Both the position numbers and the translations under genes were made by a program. This document shows positions 1 to 9,662 of a stretch of 43,280 nucleotides of DNA, in pieces. This DNA is from Candidatus Micrarchaeota archaeon. GTDB lineage: Archaea > Micrarchaeota > Micrarchaeia > Anstonellales > Bilamarchaeaceae. The stretch is from NCBI GenBank assembly GCA_043816005.1, contig JBDRIM010000060.1, positions 1 through 43,280 on the forward strand, in the 5' to 3' direction. The number at the start of each line of letters is the position of its first letter. Position 1 is the first letter of the stretch. A model generated the notes under the pieces. It saw only the letters and a program-made list of their open reading frames with translations, searched no databases and had not been told where the DNA came from.

Positions 1-255
1 TCCCCGGGGCGTTTTTGTTCACTGACCTCGCTCTTCGAGCTCGGTGTGAACAACAAAAAAATATAACACGGGGCACAAAAATGAATCGTCGTTTTTGGAA
101 GTCCCCGGGGCGTTGTCCTTTTTTAGGAAAAAAGGACCAAAAAACGTGCAGTAAATAGTCACGGAGGAGGCGTGGAACTACGTTCCACAATCAACAAAAA
201 ATCCCCGGGGCGTTTTTGTTCACTGACCTCGCTCTTCGAGCTCGGTGTGAACAAC
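1..255. repeat. Hairpin-rich repeat cluster: TCCCCGGGGCGTT x3 and an identical 54-bp direct repeat (truncated by the window start)
   Basis: TCCCCGGGGCGTT at 1, 102 and 202. Bases 1-54 are identical to 202-255 and contain a TTGTTCAC...GTGAACAA stem. Other stems at 115-137 and 172-188. Confidence 0.85.
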
Positions 256-332
256 GACCAAAGAAACATTAGCATTATAAAAAATGCCAACTCCGTAACG
301 TTTTTAATAAATAACAGTAGTTTATAGTCGGA

Positions 333-1991
333 GTGAATTTGATGGACTACTTGAAGATTGGTTTGATTTTTATTTTGTTGACTGTTTCTTTAGCATATGC
401 TGGATTCTTGGATCCAATTCTTGACCCAATTGAAAATTTCTTCAAAAACCTCACGAACCAAGTGGAAGCAGAATTGGATAGAACACGGGTTGGACGTGAA
501 CTTAACAGAATTATCGAGGATGTTGAAAATGTTGCGCATATTGTTAATGATATTAAACCAATTGCAGCTGTACTTAGTAGTGTAAGTCCTCCTTTAGCAA
601 TAATCAACCTAGCCACCCAGTATGGTCACGAACCAAATGATTTGTTTAACCGATTTAAGGAGAGAGTTGATTCACTCGAAACTAATTATGCAGGAGATGG
701 TGGTGGCCCAAATGGCGAACTGTCAGAAACTGAAATAGCAGCTGCATTACAGACAGTATTAGAAGAACCCCAACTGCCAATTGGCGTTTACATGGGAGAC
801 TATTGTATAATTGACCTTACTCAATGCAATTTTCTTGATCCATCCCGAGCTAGTTCGTATAGAGATAGCTATTTTAGTTATTCTTGTTATGTCAACGGAG
901 TTGTTGATAAGAAAAAAGTCAATGGATTAAATCGAGCAACTTGTAGGGCAACGTGGATCAACACATGGCAAGGCAATGTAGTACCTGTTCAGTTTATGCA
1001 TGATAATCAATTTGCAACATATTATTGGGATCAATGTGCCAAAGTGTACTTAACAACTGAACAACAGAATACATTCTTACAAAACAAAGTTTGTAATCAG
1101 CCTATTGCAAGGCATGATGTTGGAGATGTATGTGCAGTAGATTATACTGGCTGCTCTGCAAACTCAACTGCTTTATATGATTCTTATAGGGTCGGTACTG
1201 TTGCCTATGACCTTATCCCTGGAACTGTCAGAAGAAGTTATCTGTGTGATTTACCCTATTATGGCATGGTGGCACTTGATCAACATGCAAGAAAATCTTG
1301 CGAAATAGTATATGTTGGAGAACGAGAGGTAGATGAACTTTTAACTGCAAAACCAGAAATAGTAGCCGAACCAATTATACAGGAGCCAATAGTACCAACT
1401 ACAACAGAGGGAACCCCACCCCCACCAATAGAAGGATTGGATATGACTGGTACGAGAAGATTTCCTATAAGCAGACTTGGAGACTTACCAAGCTATGTTA
1501 TTCCGACTCAGACAAATATAGTGTATGGCAAGTATAATGCACTAGACATTACACCATCTGTTTACAAACAAAAACAAAAGGCTGCAAAATCTTCTAAACA
1601 AACAGATATGATACCAACCTTAGAAGATATTAAATCAAAAATAAAGGGACAAAAAATACCAAATTCACTAATGATGTTATTTGGAAATGAAAATATTGCG
1701 TTTGAGGTGCGGGCAAATGATGGAAGAGCATTTTACTTTTGTACAGTTATCTCAGATGGAACAATAACTTCATTTGAAGAGTGTAAAAAAAATGATCCTG
1801 ATTTTACTCCGACACTTAAGATTTCAACCTCACAAACAGTATTACAACAAATGAAAGCAGGGAAAGGTATAGACATTTTTTTTGACGCTGTTGATCATGG
1901 TACAGCAGATTATGAGGGAGTTGGATTGGTTAATAAGATCAAGTATGATGTTATGTCTTTTGTAGCACGACTTGGTATAATATCAACTTAG
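333..1991 (+). CDS. Secreted hypothetical protein with Cys-rich internal repeats and a possible SCP2-like C-terminal domain
   Basis: Signal peptide. GDYCIIDLTQC / GDVCAVDYTGC repeat, Pro/Thr linker, C-terminal LFGNENI...TLKISTS region. The start may be the ATG at 342. Confidence 0.75.
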   Translation: MNLMDYLKIGLIFILLTVSLAYAGFLDPILDPIENFFKNLTNQVEAELDRTRVGRELNRIIEDVENVAHIVNDIKPIAAVLSSVSPPLAIINLATQYGHEPNDLFNRFKERVDSLETNYAGDGGGPNGELSETEIAAALQTVLEEPQLPIGVYMGDYCIIDLTQCNFLDPSRASSYRDSYFSYSCYVNGVVDKKKVNGLNRATCRATWINTWQGNVVPVQFMHDNQFATYYWDQCAKVYLTTEQQNTFLQNKVCNQPIARHDVGDVCAVDYTGCSANSTALYDSYRVGTVAYDLIPGTVRRSYLCDLPYYGMVALDQHARKSCEIVYVGEREVDELLTAKPEIVAEPIIQEPIVPTTTEGTPPPPIEGLDMTGTRRFPISRLGDLPSYVIPTQTNIVYGKYNALDITPSVYKQKQKAAKSSKQTDMIPTLEDIKSKIKGQKIPNSLMMLFGNENIAFEVRANDGRAFYFCTVISDGTITSFEECKKNDPDFTPTLKISTSQTVLQQMKAGKGIDIFFDAVDHGTADYEGVGLVNKIKYDVMSFVARLGIIST

Positions 1992-2000
1992 AGGGATAAA

Positions 2001-2291
2001 ATGAAACGAACTGTTGTATTGATTTCTGGACTTGTAATTTTAGTAGTTGTATTAGTGTTGGTATTATCATCAAATAAACAAAACGATGAACCAGAACTTT
2101 TAGAATATTACCAAAAACTTGCAGAACAATGTGAATCAAAAGGAAGTTATAGTTGTTGCATGGCATCAGTAAATGATATGGCAGATAATAATTACATGCT
2201 AGAACCTGCAACAGGTTGTCCTGATGGATATCAAAGAGATCTTTTGAAGTGTGAAGATACCTTTGTATGGTGCGAAAGAAATAGCAGTTAG
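2001..2291 (+). CDS. Small membrane-anchored Cys-rich hypothetical protein
   Basis: N-terminal TM helix, 6 Cys, GAGGG RBS-like sequence upstream. Confidence 0.75.
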   Translation: MKRTVVLISGLVILVVVLVLVLSSNKQNDEPELLEYYQKLAEQCESKGSYSCCMASVNDMADNNYMLEPATGCPDGYQRDLLKCEDTFVWCERNSS

Positions 2292-2333
2292 TGTGTTTTT
2301 GCTTTTTATTGGTTAGTTTTTGTTTTGAATTCA

Positions 2334-2347
2334 GAACGCGCGCGTTC
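2334..2347. repeat. Perfect 14-bp palindrome GAACGCGCGCGTTC (AAC/GTT type)
   Basis: Read directly. GC-rich island in an AT-rich spacer. Confidence 0.6.
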
Positions 2348-2411
2348 GTAAAAATATTTAATTATTCACTAAAATAGTATATATGATTCAAACAAAACGA
2401 GGGGTTGTGTA

Positions 2412-3386
2412 GTGAACGAGGAAATATCTAAATTTATGGAAAAAAATTATAGGCATTTCAATGCTAGAGAAGTCGTTGATGCAGCTAAAGCTTACCGAGT
2501 ACATATTGATAATGGTGGCAAGGTACTTCTAGCGATGGCTGGAGCAATGTCTACTGCAGAATTAGGAATAAGCCTTGCAGAAATGATACGTCAAAGGAAG
2601 ATACATGCCATCTCCACTACGGGGGCTAATCTTGAAGAAGATATTTTCAACCTTGTCGCACACGATAAATATGTAATGGTAAGAGAATATAGAGACCTCG
2701 CACCAGAACAGGAATTGGATTTGCTCAAGAAGGGACTGAACAGGGTTACTGATACATGCATACCAGAAAAAGAGGCAATGAGAAAAATCGAAAACCTCAT
2801 TCTTCCAATATGGCAAAAACACGATAAAGCAGGGAACAGCATATTTCCACACGAAACTATTTACGAACTTATACGCTCAGGTCAACTAACTCCACACCAC
2901 AGCATAGATCCTAAAGACAGTTGGATGCTAGCAGCATGTGAAATGAACATACCAATATTTGTACCAGGATGGGCAGATTCCACCTTAGGAAATGTTTTTG
3001 TTGCAGAACATATAAAGGGGAATATAAGTAATATGAAGACGATTAAGGAGGGACTTGAGTATATGAAAGAGCTCGTAAGCTGGTATCAAAAGGAATCAAA
3101 ATCACATAAACTTGGTTTCTTGCAGATCGGCGGTGGAATAGCTGGAGATTTTCCAATTTGCGTAGTGCCATTGATAAATCAGGATATGCATATGACTGAT
3201 GTTCCATCATGGGCTTATTTCGCTCAAATTAGCGATTCTACAACTAGTTATGGATCTTATTCTGGGGCTGTTCCAAATGAAAAAATTACATGGGGTAAAC
3301 TTATGCCAGACACACCGAAATTCATGATAGAATCTGATGCTACGATAGTAATGCCATTATTTTTCTCATATGTACTTGGGCATTAG
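2412..3386 (+). CDS. Deoxyhypusine synthase family protein, bacterial-like subtype
   Basis: AGAMSTAELG, TTGANLEED, GGGIAGDFPICVVP, SYSGAVPNEKITWGK motifs. Confidence 0.9.
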   Translation: MNEEISKFMEKNYRHFNAREVVDAAKAYRVHIDNGGKVLLAMAGAMSTAELGISLAEMIRQRKIHAISTTGANLEEDIFNLVAHDKYVMVREYRDLAPEQELDLLKKGLNRVTDTCIPEKEAMRKIENLILPIWQKHDKAGNSIFPHETIYELIRSGQLTPHHSIDPKDSWMLAACEMNIPIFVPGWADSTLGNVFVAEHIKGNISNMKTIKEGLEYMKELVSWYQKESKSHKLGFLQIGGGIAGDFPICVVPLINQDMHMTDVPSWAYFAQISDSTTSYGSYSGAVPNEKITWGKLMPDTPKFMIESDATIVMPLFFSYVLGH

Positions 3387-3527
3387 ATATTCTAAGAATA
3401 GGATAACAGCACAAATAACAATACTTGGTTTCTTTTGTTCTGATGTTTTTGACAGATTAATTTTCTAAATGGAGATAAGATAATATGTTTAAAAATCCTC
3501 ATGACTTACAAATAAAGGGTGTTCTAA

Positions 3528-4355
3528 ATGGATGAGCAATTAGAGAGAAAAATCAAAGATGAAAACCGTAAATTGCACAATTTCAGTGGTGATAGTTATG
3601 ATAATTGGCCCCCTTATTGCACAAAGAAAAATGATCTTATGTTTTTTAATGATATTAAAAGGATACGAGGCCTGTTGAACAAAAAACTTCCAATCGCTTT
3701 GGAATGTGGTTGTGGAACGGGTAAGCTCACAAGTAATATCTTGAAAAATGGCTTTAATATTCACGCAATTGATATCTCTCATAAAATGATTGAACAAACT
3801 AAAGAAAAACTCAACAGATTAAATTTTCAAAAAACTTCAATTAAATTTCACGTTTCAGATGTTGATGAATTTTTAATTGAATCTAAATATCATTATGACC
3901 TTATCTGCTTTTCTGCAGTATTACATCACATCGGTGATTATCTTAAAACTTTGAAAACTGCATGTAAACGTGTAAGTCGGGGGGGGTTTATATATATCGG
4001 AGGAGAACCACAGTTACAAAAGAACAAAACCGCAGTGCACAAGTTTATTGATTTTATTTCTGATAAATCAATCATAGGTTATAAGTTTCTGAAGAATCCG
4101 AAGAGTTCAATCAGGTTCATCAAAAAGATTATTTTAAACCCAGATAAAAATTCGAAAATAAATGTTGCTTTGGCCGAATATCATGCTGGAAATGGTCTGG
4201 ATGATGCGCAAATCATCAAACTTTTAGAAGCAGATGGTTTTGATGTGATTTGTTATGAGGAAATTACTATTCCACCATTCGCTTTCTTTGAAATATTAGC
4301 TCCTTTGTGTCGTGACGGCACTAACTGTTTTAAGTTAATAGCCAGAAAAAAATAA
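3528..4355 (+). CDS. Class I SAM-dependent methyltransferase
   Basis: LECGCGTG motif I, IDIS, YDLI...VLHH, RGGFIYI. Confidence 0.9.
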   Translation: MDEQLERKIKDENRKLHNFSGDSYDNWPPYCTKKNDLMFFNDIKRIRGLLNKKLPIALECGCGTGKLTSNILKNGFNIHAIDISHKMIEQTKEKLNRLNFQKTSIKFHVSDVDEFLIESKYHYDLICFSAVLHHIGDYLKTLKTACKRVSRGGFIYIGGEPQLQKNKTAVHKFIDFISDKSIIGYKFLKNPKSSIRFIKKIILNPDKNSKINVALAEYHAGNGLDDAQIIKLLEADGFDVICYEEITIPPFAFFEILAPLCRDGTNCFKLIARKK

Positions 4356-4450
4356 TCTCACAGCTTCAAGGTTCTTGGATATGAATTTTATAGAATGAGA
4401 AAAAATTAGTAATATTTTCTATCAACCAGAAAATTATTGTTGAGCACTTT

Positions 4451-5452
4451 TTAATTTTTATAACACATGCAATTATTGGCCATGTAATATCCAAGTTGGC
4501 AAGTTAAACACTTATCATTACAACTGTAGTAACCGCTTGGGCATGGTGTGCACGAATAAGGGCTAGATGAGACTGTTCCTGATGGACATTTAGAATAGCA
4601 CATATCATCATAGGAATACGGTTTATCATTGTAAATATTTGAACATTCGAGACATGTTGTGACAAGATAAACTGTCCTATCCCCAGTACATTCGGGTAAT
4701 GTATCACCAGGATATTCACCACCAGCAGGATCAAAAATTACCCATATGCCGTCATCAAGTATGAAATAGTTTACAAAAACATCAGAACCATAATGATTAC
4801 TAACTGCTTGAATAAATGAATCCAATTTGTCAACTGAACCGAAATAAACTATAGTATATGCATGAACGCAATCAGGATCAGCTACTGTTTTAGCAGTTCC
4901 GCCTATTGCCCCTACCATTGATGCAATGAGAACCGCTTGATTTTTACAATCACCAGAACGGGTTAACAACGTTTCGTATGATGGATAGGGAATTCCTGCT
5001 AATGGAACATTTTGATAGATTATATTTTGTTTTACCCAATCATAGATATCAAAAAGTTGTGTGTAACTATATGAACCAGGATGATTTCTAATGGCGTCTG
5101 CAGCAGCTTCGCGAACACTTAAATCATATGGATCGATCTTATCGCAATATGTACTTAGGTAAGGTTCTGTGTTTTCATATGTGCTGAAAGTATAATTTTG
5201 TCTTGGTTTAATTGGCCTTGGATAACCGCAGACAGTACCATGAACTACTTGGCCTTGTGGACAACCACAGCCGGCAGTATTATTCACAAGAACACCATCA
5301 CTACAAAAAAGAGGTTTGGTATAGGAACAATAACCGTATTTTGTTCCATCGCTACAGGTTAGGATTGGGTCATATGGAACATCTGGATCAGGTACAAATC
5401 CGCAACAACCTGTTAGAATAATTGCAAAAATCCCTAGATAGAATAATTTCAC
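4451..5452 (-). CDS. Secreted/lipoprotein transglutaminase-like domain protein with Cys-rich ends
   Basis: LTGCC after a hydrophobic leader. IYDWVKQNIIY, GDCKNQAVLIASM, HAY and DP (Cys-His-Asp triad). CxxCP repeats at the C-terminus. Confidence 0.8.
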   Translation of the reverse strand: MKLFYLGIFAIILTGCCGFVPDPDVPYDPILTCSDGTKYGYCSYTKPLFCSDGVLVNNTAGCGCPQGQVVHGTVCGYPRPIKPRQNYTFSTYENTEPYLSTYCDKIDPYDLSVREAAADAIRNHPGSYSYTQLFDIYDWVKQNIIYQNVPLAGIPYPSYETLLTRSGDCKNQAVLIASMVGAIGGTAKTVADPDCVHAYTIVYFGSVDKLDSFIQAVSNHYGSDVFVNYFILDDGIWVIFDPAGGEYPGDTLPECTGDRTVYLVTTCLECSNIYNDKPYSYDDMCYSKCPSGTVSSSPYSCTPCPSGYYSCNDKCLTCQLGYYMANNCMCYKN

Positions 5453-5565
5453 AATGGATATCCGATGACAAAATATTTAAGGTAATTTATGTAATTTAAA
5501 TAAAAATTAAACTGGAATTGTGCATTGTGAAAATTGTCTAAATGTGATCTTACTTTGCTATGTAC

Positions 5566-6057
5566 TTAGTAAAATTTTATACTAACAACAAACCCCATAA
5601 GTACAGCAAACATGAAAAATGCAGAACCACAAAAAGGACTAACTGGTTCATCTCCATCTGATGAACTAATTGAAGTTACACTACCAGATTGCACATCTAA
5701 TTGATAATTATAAGATGTCTGATAAAATTCCGTTGCATTAAAATTTTCACTTGATTTGTTTTGACCTTGATAATCATAGGTAAAATAACCTTCTGGAAAA
5801 TCGGAACAACTTGAATCCATATAATAGGGATCGTTTATGCAAACACCTGCATTGCATTCTAAAGAAACATTTATTTCTTCTGGAACATTTAACGTACAAT
5901 GATAAATAATTTGATTAATGCTGGTTTCATTAACCCCATTATTTACGAGATAAACAGTTACTTGCGAGGGTGGTGGTGGAGGCGAATTTGCAAACGAGAA
6001 GGAAACTAAAACTAACAGGAAGATCAAAACCAAATTATTTACTTTCATTGGAATCAC
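5566..6057 (-). CDS. Secreted protein with a C-terminal CG-x + TM anchor (CGP-CTERM-like)
   Basis: Signal peptide ending SFA. Ser-rich linker, then PFCGSAFFMFAVLMGFVV. Confidence 0.7.
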   Translation of the reverse strand: MIPMKVNNLVLIFLLVLVSFSFANSPPPPPSQVTVYLVNNGVNETSINQIIYHCTLNVPEEINVSLECNAGVCINDPYYMDSSCSDFPEGYFTYDYQGQNKSSENFNATEFYQTSYNYQLDVQSGSVTSISSSDGDEPVSPFCGSAFFMFAVLMGFVVSIKFY

Positions 6058-6136
6058 TTGTTTTTATTTCAATGGTTAGTTATATAACTTTTGGGTTTAG
6101 CTAGCATGGTTGATTTTGAGATTAATGATAAAAGTA

Positions 6137-8476
6137 TCAGAGTGATTTTAAAAATTTCGCCATGTTCTTAGCAGAAATATCTTCAGAAACACCAGCTGCT
6201 TGCATTGATGCACCTGCAACTGCAGTATATACTGCTTTTCTACTTCCTTCTGCTAGATAAACAACACCCGAGGATAGTTCTGCATTTCCAAATGTTTTTG
6301 GTGGTATATATGCCCAACCTTTTTGAGCAACAATCGATTGAATTTCAGGATTAGATAGATTATCTGGATGTGCTACAACAACGACTAGTTCTCCGTTTAT
6401 TGAAGAAACTCCAGGTAATCTGCTACGTGCAAAATTTGTAAATGCATCTTGTGCATCTTTGAATCTTTTTTGTACGGAAATATGATTAATCCCTTTAGTG
6501 GACTTCACACGAAGATCACCAAATTGATGTACATCAACCTCAGCACCAGAAATATCTGCATCTAATTTTCCCATAATTTCATTTCCACTTGCTCTGGCAC
6601 CAACAGCAACTTCAACAATATTACGCCTAATCTCCCTTACTGAAGGAAGTTTCGGACCGAAAAGAAGGAAACCAGTTAAAACTGCAGCTCCTGCTGCAGA
6701 TGTGATAAGGAAATTAGTAGCTGATTTGAAAGGCCATGAGATAATTGGCCATGTTATACCAACACCAGCACCAAGAATTAAACCGTACTGAGCTCCTAGA
6801 ATAGCTGCTGGAAGTGTAAATCCACCTAAAGCAGCAACTGCAGCAGCACCAACAGTAGAAAATGCCATTGTAGAAAGTGTTGTTGATTTAATCAATCTAA
6901 AAACTAAATTTTCTGGCTGCCATTGTATAAGTGAATGGAATGCTGCTAACCCCAAACCAACAGTTGCTCCAATTGCTACACCTGAGAGAAGTGGTGCACT
7001 TAAGAGAAATGCTCCAGTAACACTAACTAAACCTGCAACTGCGGCCGAAACAAGTAATTTTTTGGTTGTGTTTATTACAAGGCCGATATTTGATGGTCTT
7101 TCAGTTTTTGCAACAGTTACTGCTTCATTTGAAATTTCTAGACGAAGAGCTGAATCTAAATCTCTCCAGAATTCTGCAATTGACTGGTATCTGTGGATCA
7201 GTTGTTTTGAAACTGCTTTTTGCATTACTTCATTCAAACGATCTCCACAGGTAACTCCATGATCACGTAAACTTGGTGGTAATTTTCTCAAATCTTCTCT
7301 ACCTTCTTCATGGCCTGTATAAACTTTTTTTCCTGCAAGCATCATGAACACTGTCACTCCGGCCGCATAAACATCTGCTGCTTTAGGATCAGTAATCATC
7401 ATATGGTCAGGTGGCATATAATCCGGAGTTCCCATAAATGCTGTTGATCTTGTTAATTTTGCCGGTAGGTTTGCCGAACTTACCTTGGCAAGACCAAAAT
7501 CAAGGATTTTTATTCTTCCGTAAGCATCGACTTTGATATTTTCTGGTTTGATATCTCTATGTGCAATGCCTTTTTGATGGGCATCCATAAGTGCACTGCA
7601 TAATTGAGAAGAAATATTGCGTACTTCAGCCATAGTTAGCCTAATCCCTTCATCGCTTTTCGAAATTACATAATCAAGACCTTTGCCTCTTGCATAGTCC
7701 ATGACTAGATACAGAGTATCTTCAACACGTGCCATTGTAATTATGCTTACGACATTTTGATTGTCACGCAATTGTGCAAGAGCAGTTGCTTCTCTTTTGA
7801 ATCTTGCTTCAAGATGATCAATAGGATGTCCTGTAGATGGTTGGATTATTTTCACTGCTGCGATTGTTCCGCCCATATCTTTATTTTCTGCAAGGAACAC
7901 ACTCCCCATTCCGCCCATTCCAACTAAGCGAGTGACTGTGAAACCAGCAATATTTGTTCCTATTGCTTTTTCTGTATCAACAAAAAGTCTTGCAGCCTGT
8001 GAAGCACACTCTGCAATTTCAGATCTGCTTACCCCCCAAGAACTTGCGGCTTCACCAAGACTTTTTCCTCTTGTAATATCCATTAAAATTACTGCTTCGC
8101 CATCAGACAGATGTTGAACACCTATTAATTGGACAGGTAATATATTTTCTGCAATTATTTTTGCTTGATCAGTAAATCTATCTCCTTCTCCACTATCTGG
8201 TTTCAATGAATTTTCTGTTGCATCGAGAAGTTTAACTAGTATTTCTTTACCTCTTGGATTGGTTGCAGTGAAAACATTGCAGCAGATTTTCGAACCAATA
8301 GTATATTCACCAACTTGTTTTCCAGTTAAGATACCTGGACTATCAATAAGTGGAGTTGAACTAACTCCCGCACGCCTGCCATCAGGTACTGTTCCTGCAA
8401 GTACATTGACAGGAGCATGTACTGTTTTTGCAGTTCCTATATCACCTGTTATGGGTTTTCCAGTCATTTCATCCAC
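6137..8476 (-). CDS. Hanks-type Ser/Thr protein kinase with a multi-TM C-terminal region
   Basis: GMGGMGSV, AVK, HRDIKPEN, DFG, GTPDY, DVY. Several hydrophobic helices after the kinase domain. Confidence 0.92.
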   Translation of the reverse strand: MDEMTGKPITGDIGTAKTVHAPVNVLAGTVPDGRRAGVSSTPLIDSPGILTGKQVGEYTIGSKICCNVFTATNPRGKEILVKLLDATENSLKPDSGEGDRFTDQAKIIAENILPVQLIGVQHLSDGEAVILMDITRGKSLGEAASSWGVSRSEIAECASQAARLFVDTEKAIGTNIAGFTVTRLVGMGGMGSVFLAENKDMGGTIAAVKIIQPSTGHPIDHLEARFKREATALAQLRDNQNVVSIITMARVEDTLYLVMDYARGKGLDYVISKSDEGIRLTMAEVRNISSQLCSALMDAHQKGIAHRDIKPENIKVDAYGRIKILDFGLAKVSSANLPAKLTRSTAFMGTPDYMPPDHMMITDPKAADVYAAGVTVFMMLAGKKVYTGHEEGREDLRKLPPSLRDHGVTCGDRLNEVMQKAVSKQLIHRYQSIAEFWRDLDSALRLEISNEAVTVAKTERPSNIGLVINTTKKLLVSAAVAGLVSVTGAFLLSAPLLSGVAIGATVGLGLAAFHSLIQWQPENLVFRLIKSTTLSTMAFSTVGAAAVAALGGFTLPAAILGAQYGLILGAGVGITWPIISWPFKSATNFLITSAAGAAVLTGFLLFGPKLPSVREIRRNIVEVAVGARASGNEIMGKLDADISGAEVDVHQFGDLRVKSTKGINHISVQKRFKDAQDAFTNFARSRLPGVSSINGELVVVVAHPDNLSNPEIQSIVAQKGWAYIPPKTFGNAELSSGVVYLAEGSRKAVYTAVAGASMQAAGVSEDISAKNMAKFLKSL

Positions 8477-9573
8477 CTCATAAACAAAGATGACAACTGA
8501 GTTCTGAGTGTTGTTGCTGTTGATAATTCACCGTCTAAAAATAATGAACGTAATTCATTTGCAACTGTTTCCGCATCATTTGGCCTTTCATTTTTTGATT
8601 TCGCAAGCAATCTAAGAACCAAACTGTCTAGTTTTTCTGAAACTTCAGGATTAAACTCTCTGATTGGTTTTGGAGTCTCAGTTAGATGACCACGCATAAC
8701 ATCTGTTCGTTTACCAATAAATGGTAATCTGTTTGCAAGCATTTCATAAAGAACAACACCAAATGAATAAAGATCAGACCTGTGATCAACATTCTGAGGT
8801 GCTGAAAGTTGTTCAGGTGACATATATTCTGGCGTACCAAATGTTTCGCCCATTGCAGTTAGAACAATGTCGACTTCAGAACCATGCAATCTCTTTGCAA
8901 TGCCAAAATCAATTAGTTTGACAGCATCAAGGATTCTTGGATCTTTGTGATCTTCAGAACAAAGGAAAATATTTTCTGGTTTTAAATCTCTGTGAATGGC
9001 TTTTTTGTGAACTTCTGCAAGTGCTTCGGCAACCACCATTGCAATAACTATTTTATCCATCAGCTCTAATTTTGTGGAAAGTGGCACAGTACCATCAAGA
9101 ATTGCAGATAATGGATAACCAAGAAGATGATCCAAAACTAAAAATGTAATGTCATCATGTTCAAAAAAACCACGACATTGTAAAATAGCCGGATGATCAA
9201 ACTCAGCTAAAATTCTTGCTTCTCTTATTGATCTTTCTTTAACAGTTCTATGAACACCAGGAGTAAGAACTTTAAGTGCAAGATTTTTCTCTGCTGGTAA
9301 AACATCACTAGTGTAATCATCAACTTGATATACCCGCCCAGACGCCCCTTCACCAAGTAACCTTCCAACTAGATATGTGCTGCCACGATCAGAAAATATG
9401 TTACCTGTATAATCAACCAATGGCCTTCTTTCCATAAATGCCTGTGCTGGTTGAGCCGCGCCTGGTGGAGATCCAATTGCCATAGTCATTCTTTTTGCAT
9501 GTAATGCAGGGTCTGGTCTAACGTTATCTGCAAGTTTAAGACCCAATGTTTTTTGAAATCTTGGCGATGACAT
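8464..9573 (-). CDS. Hanks-type Ser/Thr protein kinase, apparently soluble
   Basis: GEGASGRV, ALK, HRDLKPEN, DFG, GTPEYMSPE, SDLYSFG. Overlaps the next kinase by 13 bp. Confidence 0.93.
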   Translation of the reverse strand: MSSPRFQKTLGLKLADNVRPDPALHAKRMTMAIGSPPGAAQPAQAFMERRPLVDYTGNIFSDRGSTYLVGRLLGEGASGRVYQVDDYTSDVLPAEKNLALKVLTPGVHRTVKERSIREARILAEFDHPAILQCRGFFEHDDITFLVLDHLLGYPLSAILDGTVPLSTKLELMDKIVIAMVVAEALAEVHKKAIHRDLKPENIFLCSEDHKDPRILDAVKLIDFGIAKRLHGSEVDIVLTAMGETFGTPEYMSPEQLSAPQNVDHRSDLYSFGVVLYEMLANRLPFIGKRTDVMRGHLTETPKPIREFNPEVSEKLDSLVLRLLAKSKNERPNDAETVANELRSLFLDGELSTATTLRTQLSSLFMRWMK

Positions 9574-9662
9574 ATGCTAACCTTATCCTCTATTATTAAG
9601 CTGAAGTATTTATAAACCATTATTATACATAAAAAATAACTAAAAGCTGAGTAAATAGACAA

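Noticed and set aside
1..255. CRISPR array
   Set aside because: The repeat is only 13 bp, the spacers are ~88 bp and partly identical to each other, and there are no cas genes in the window.
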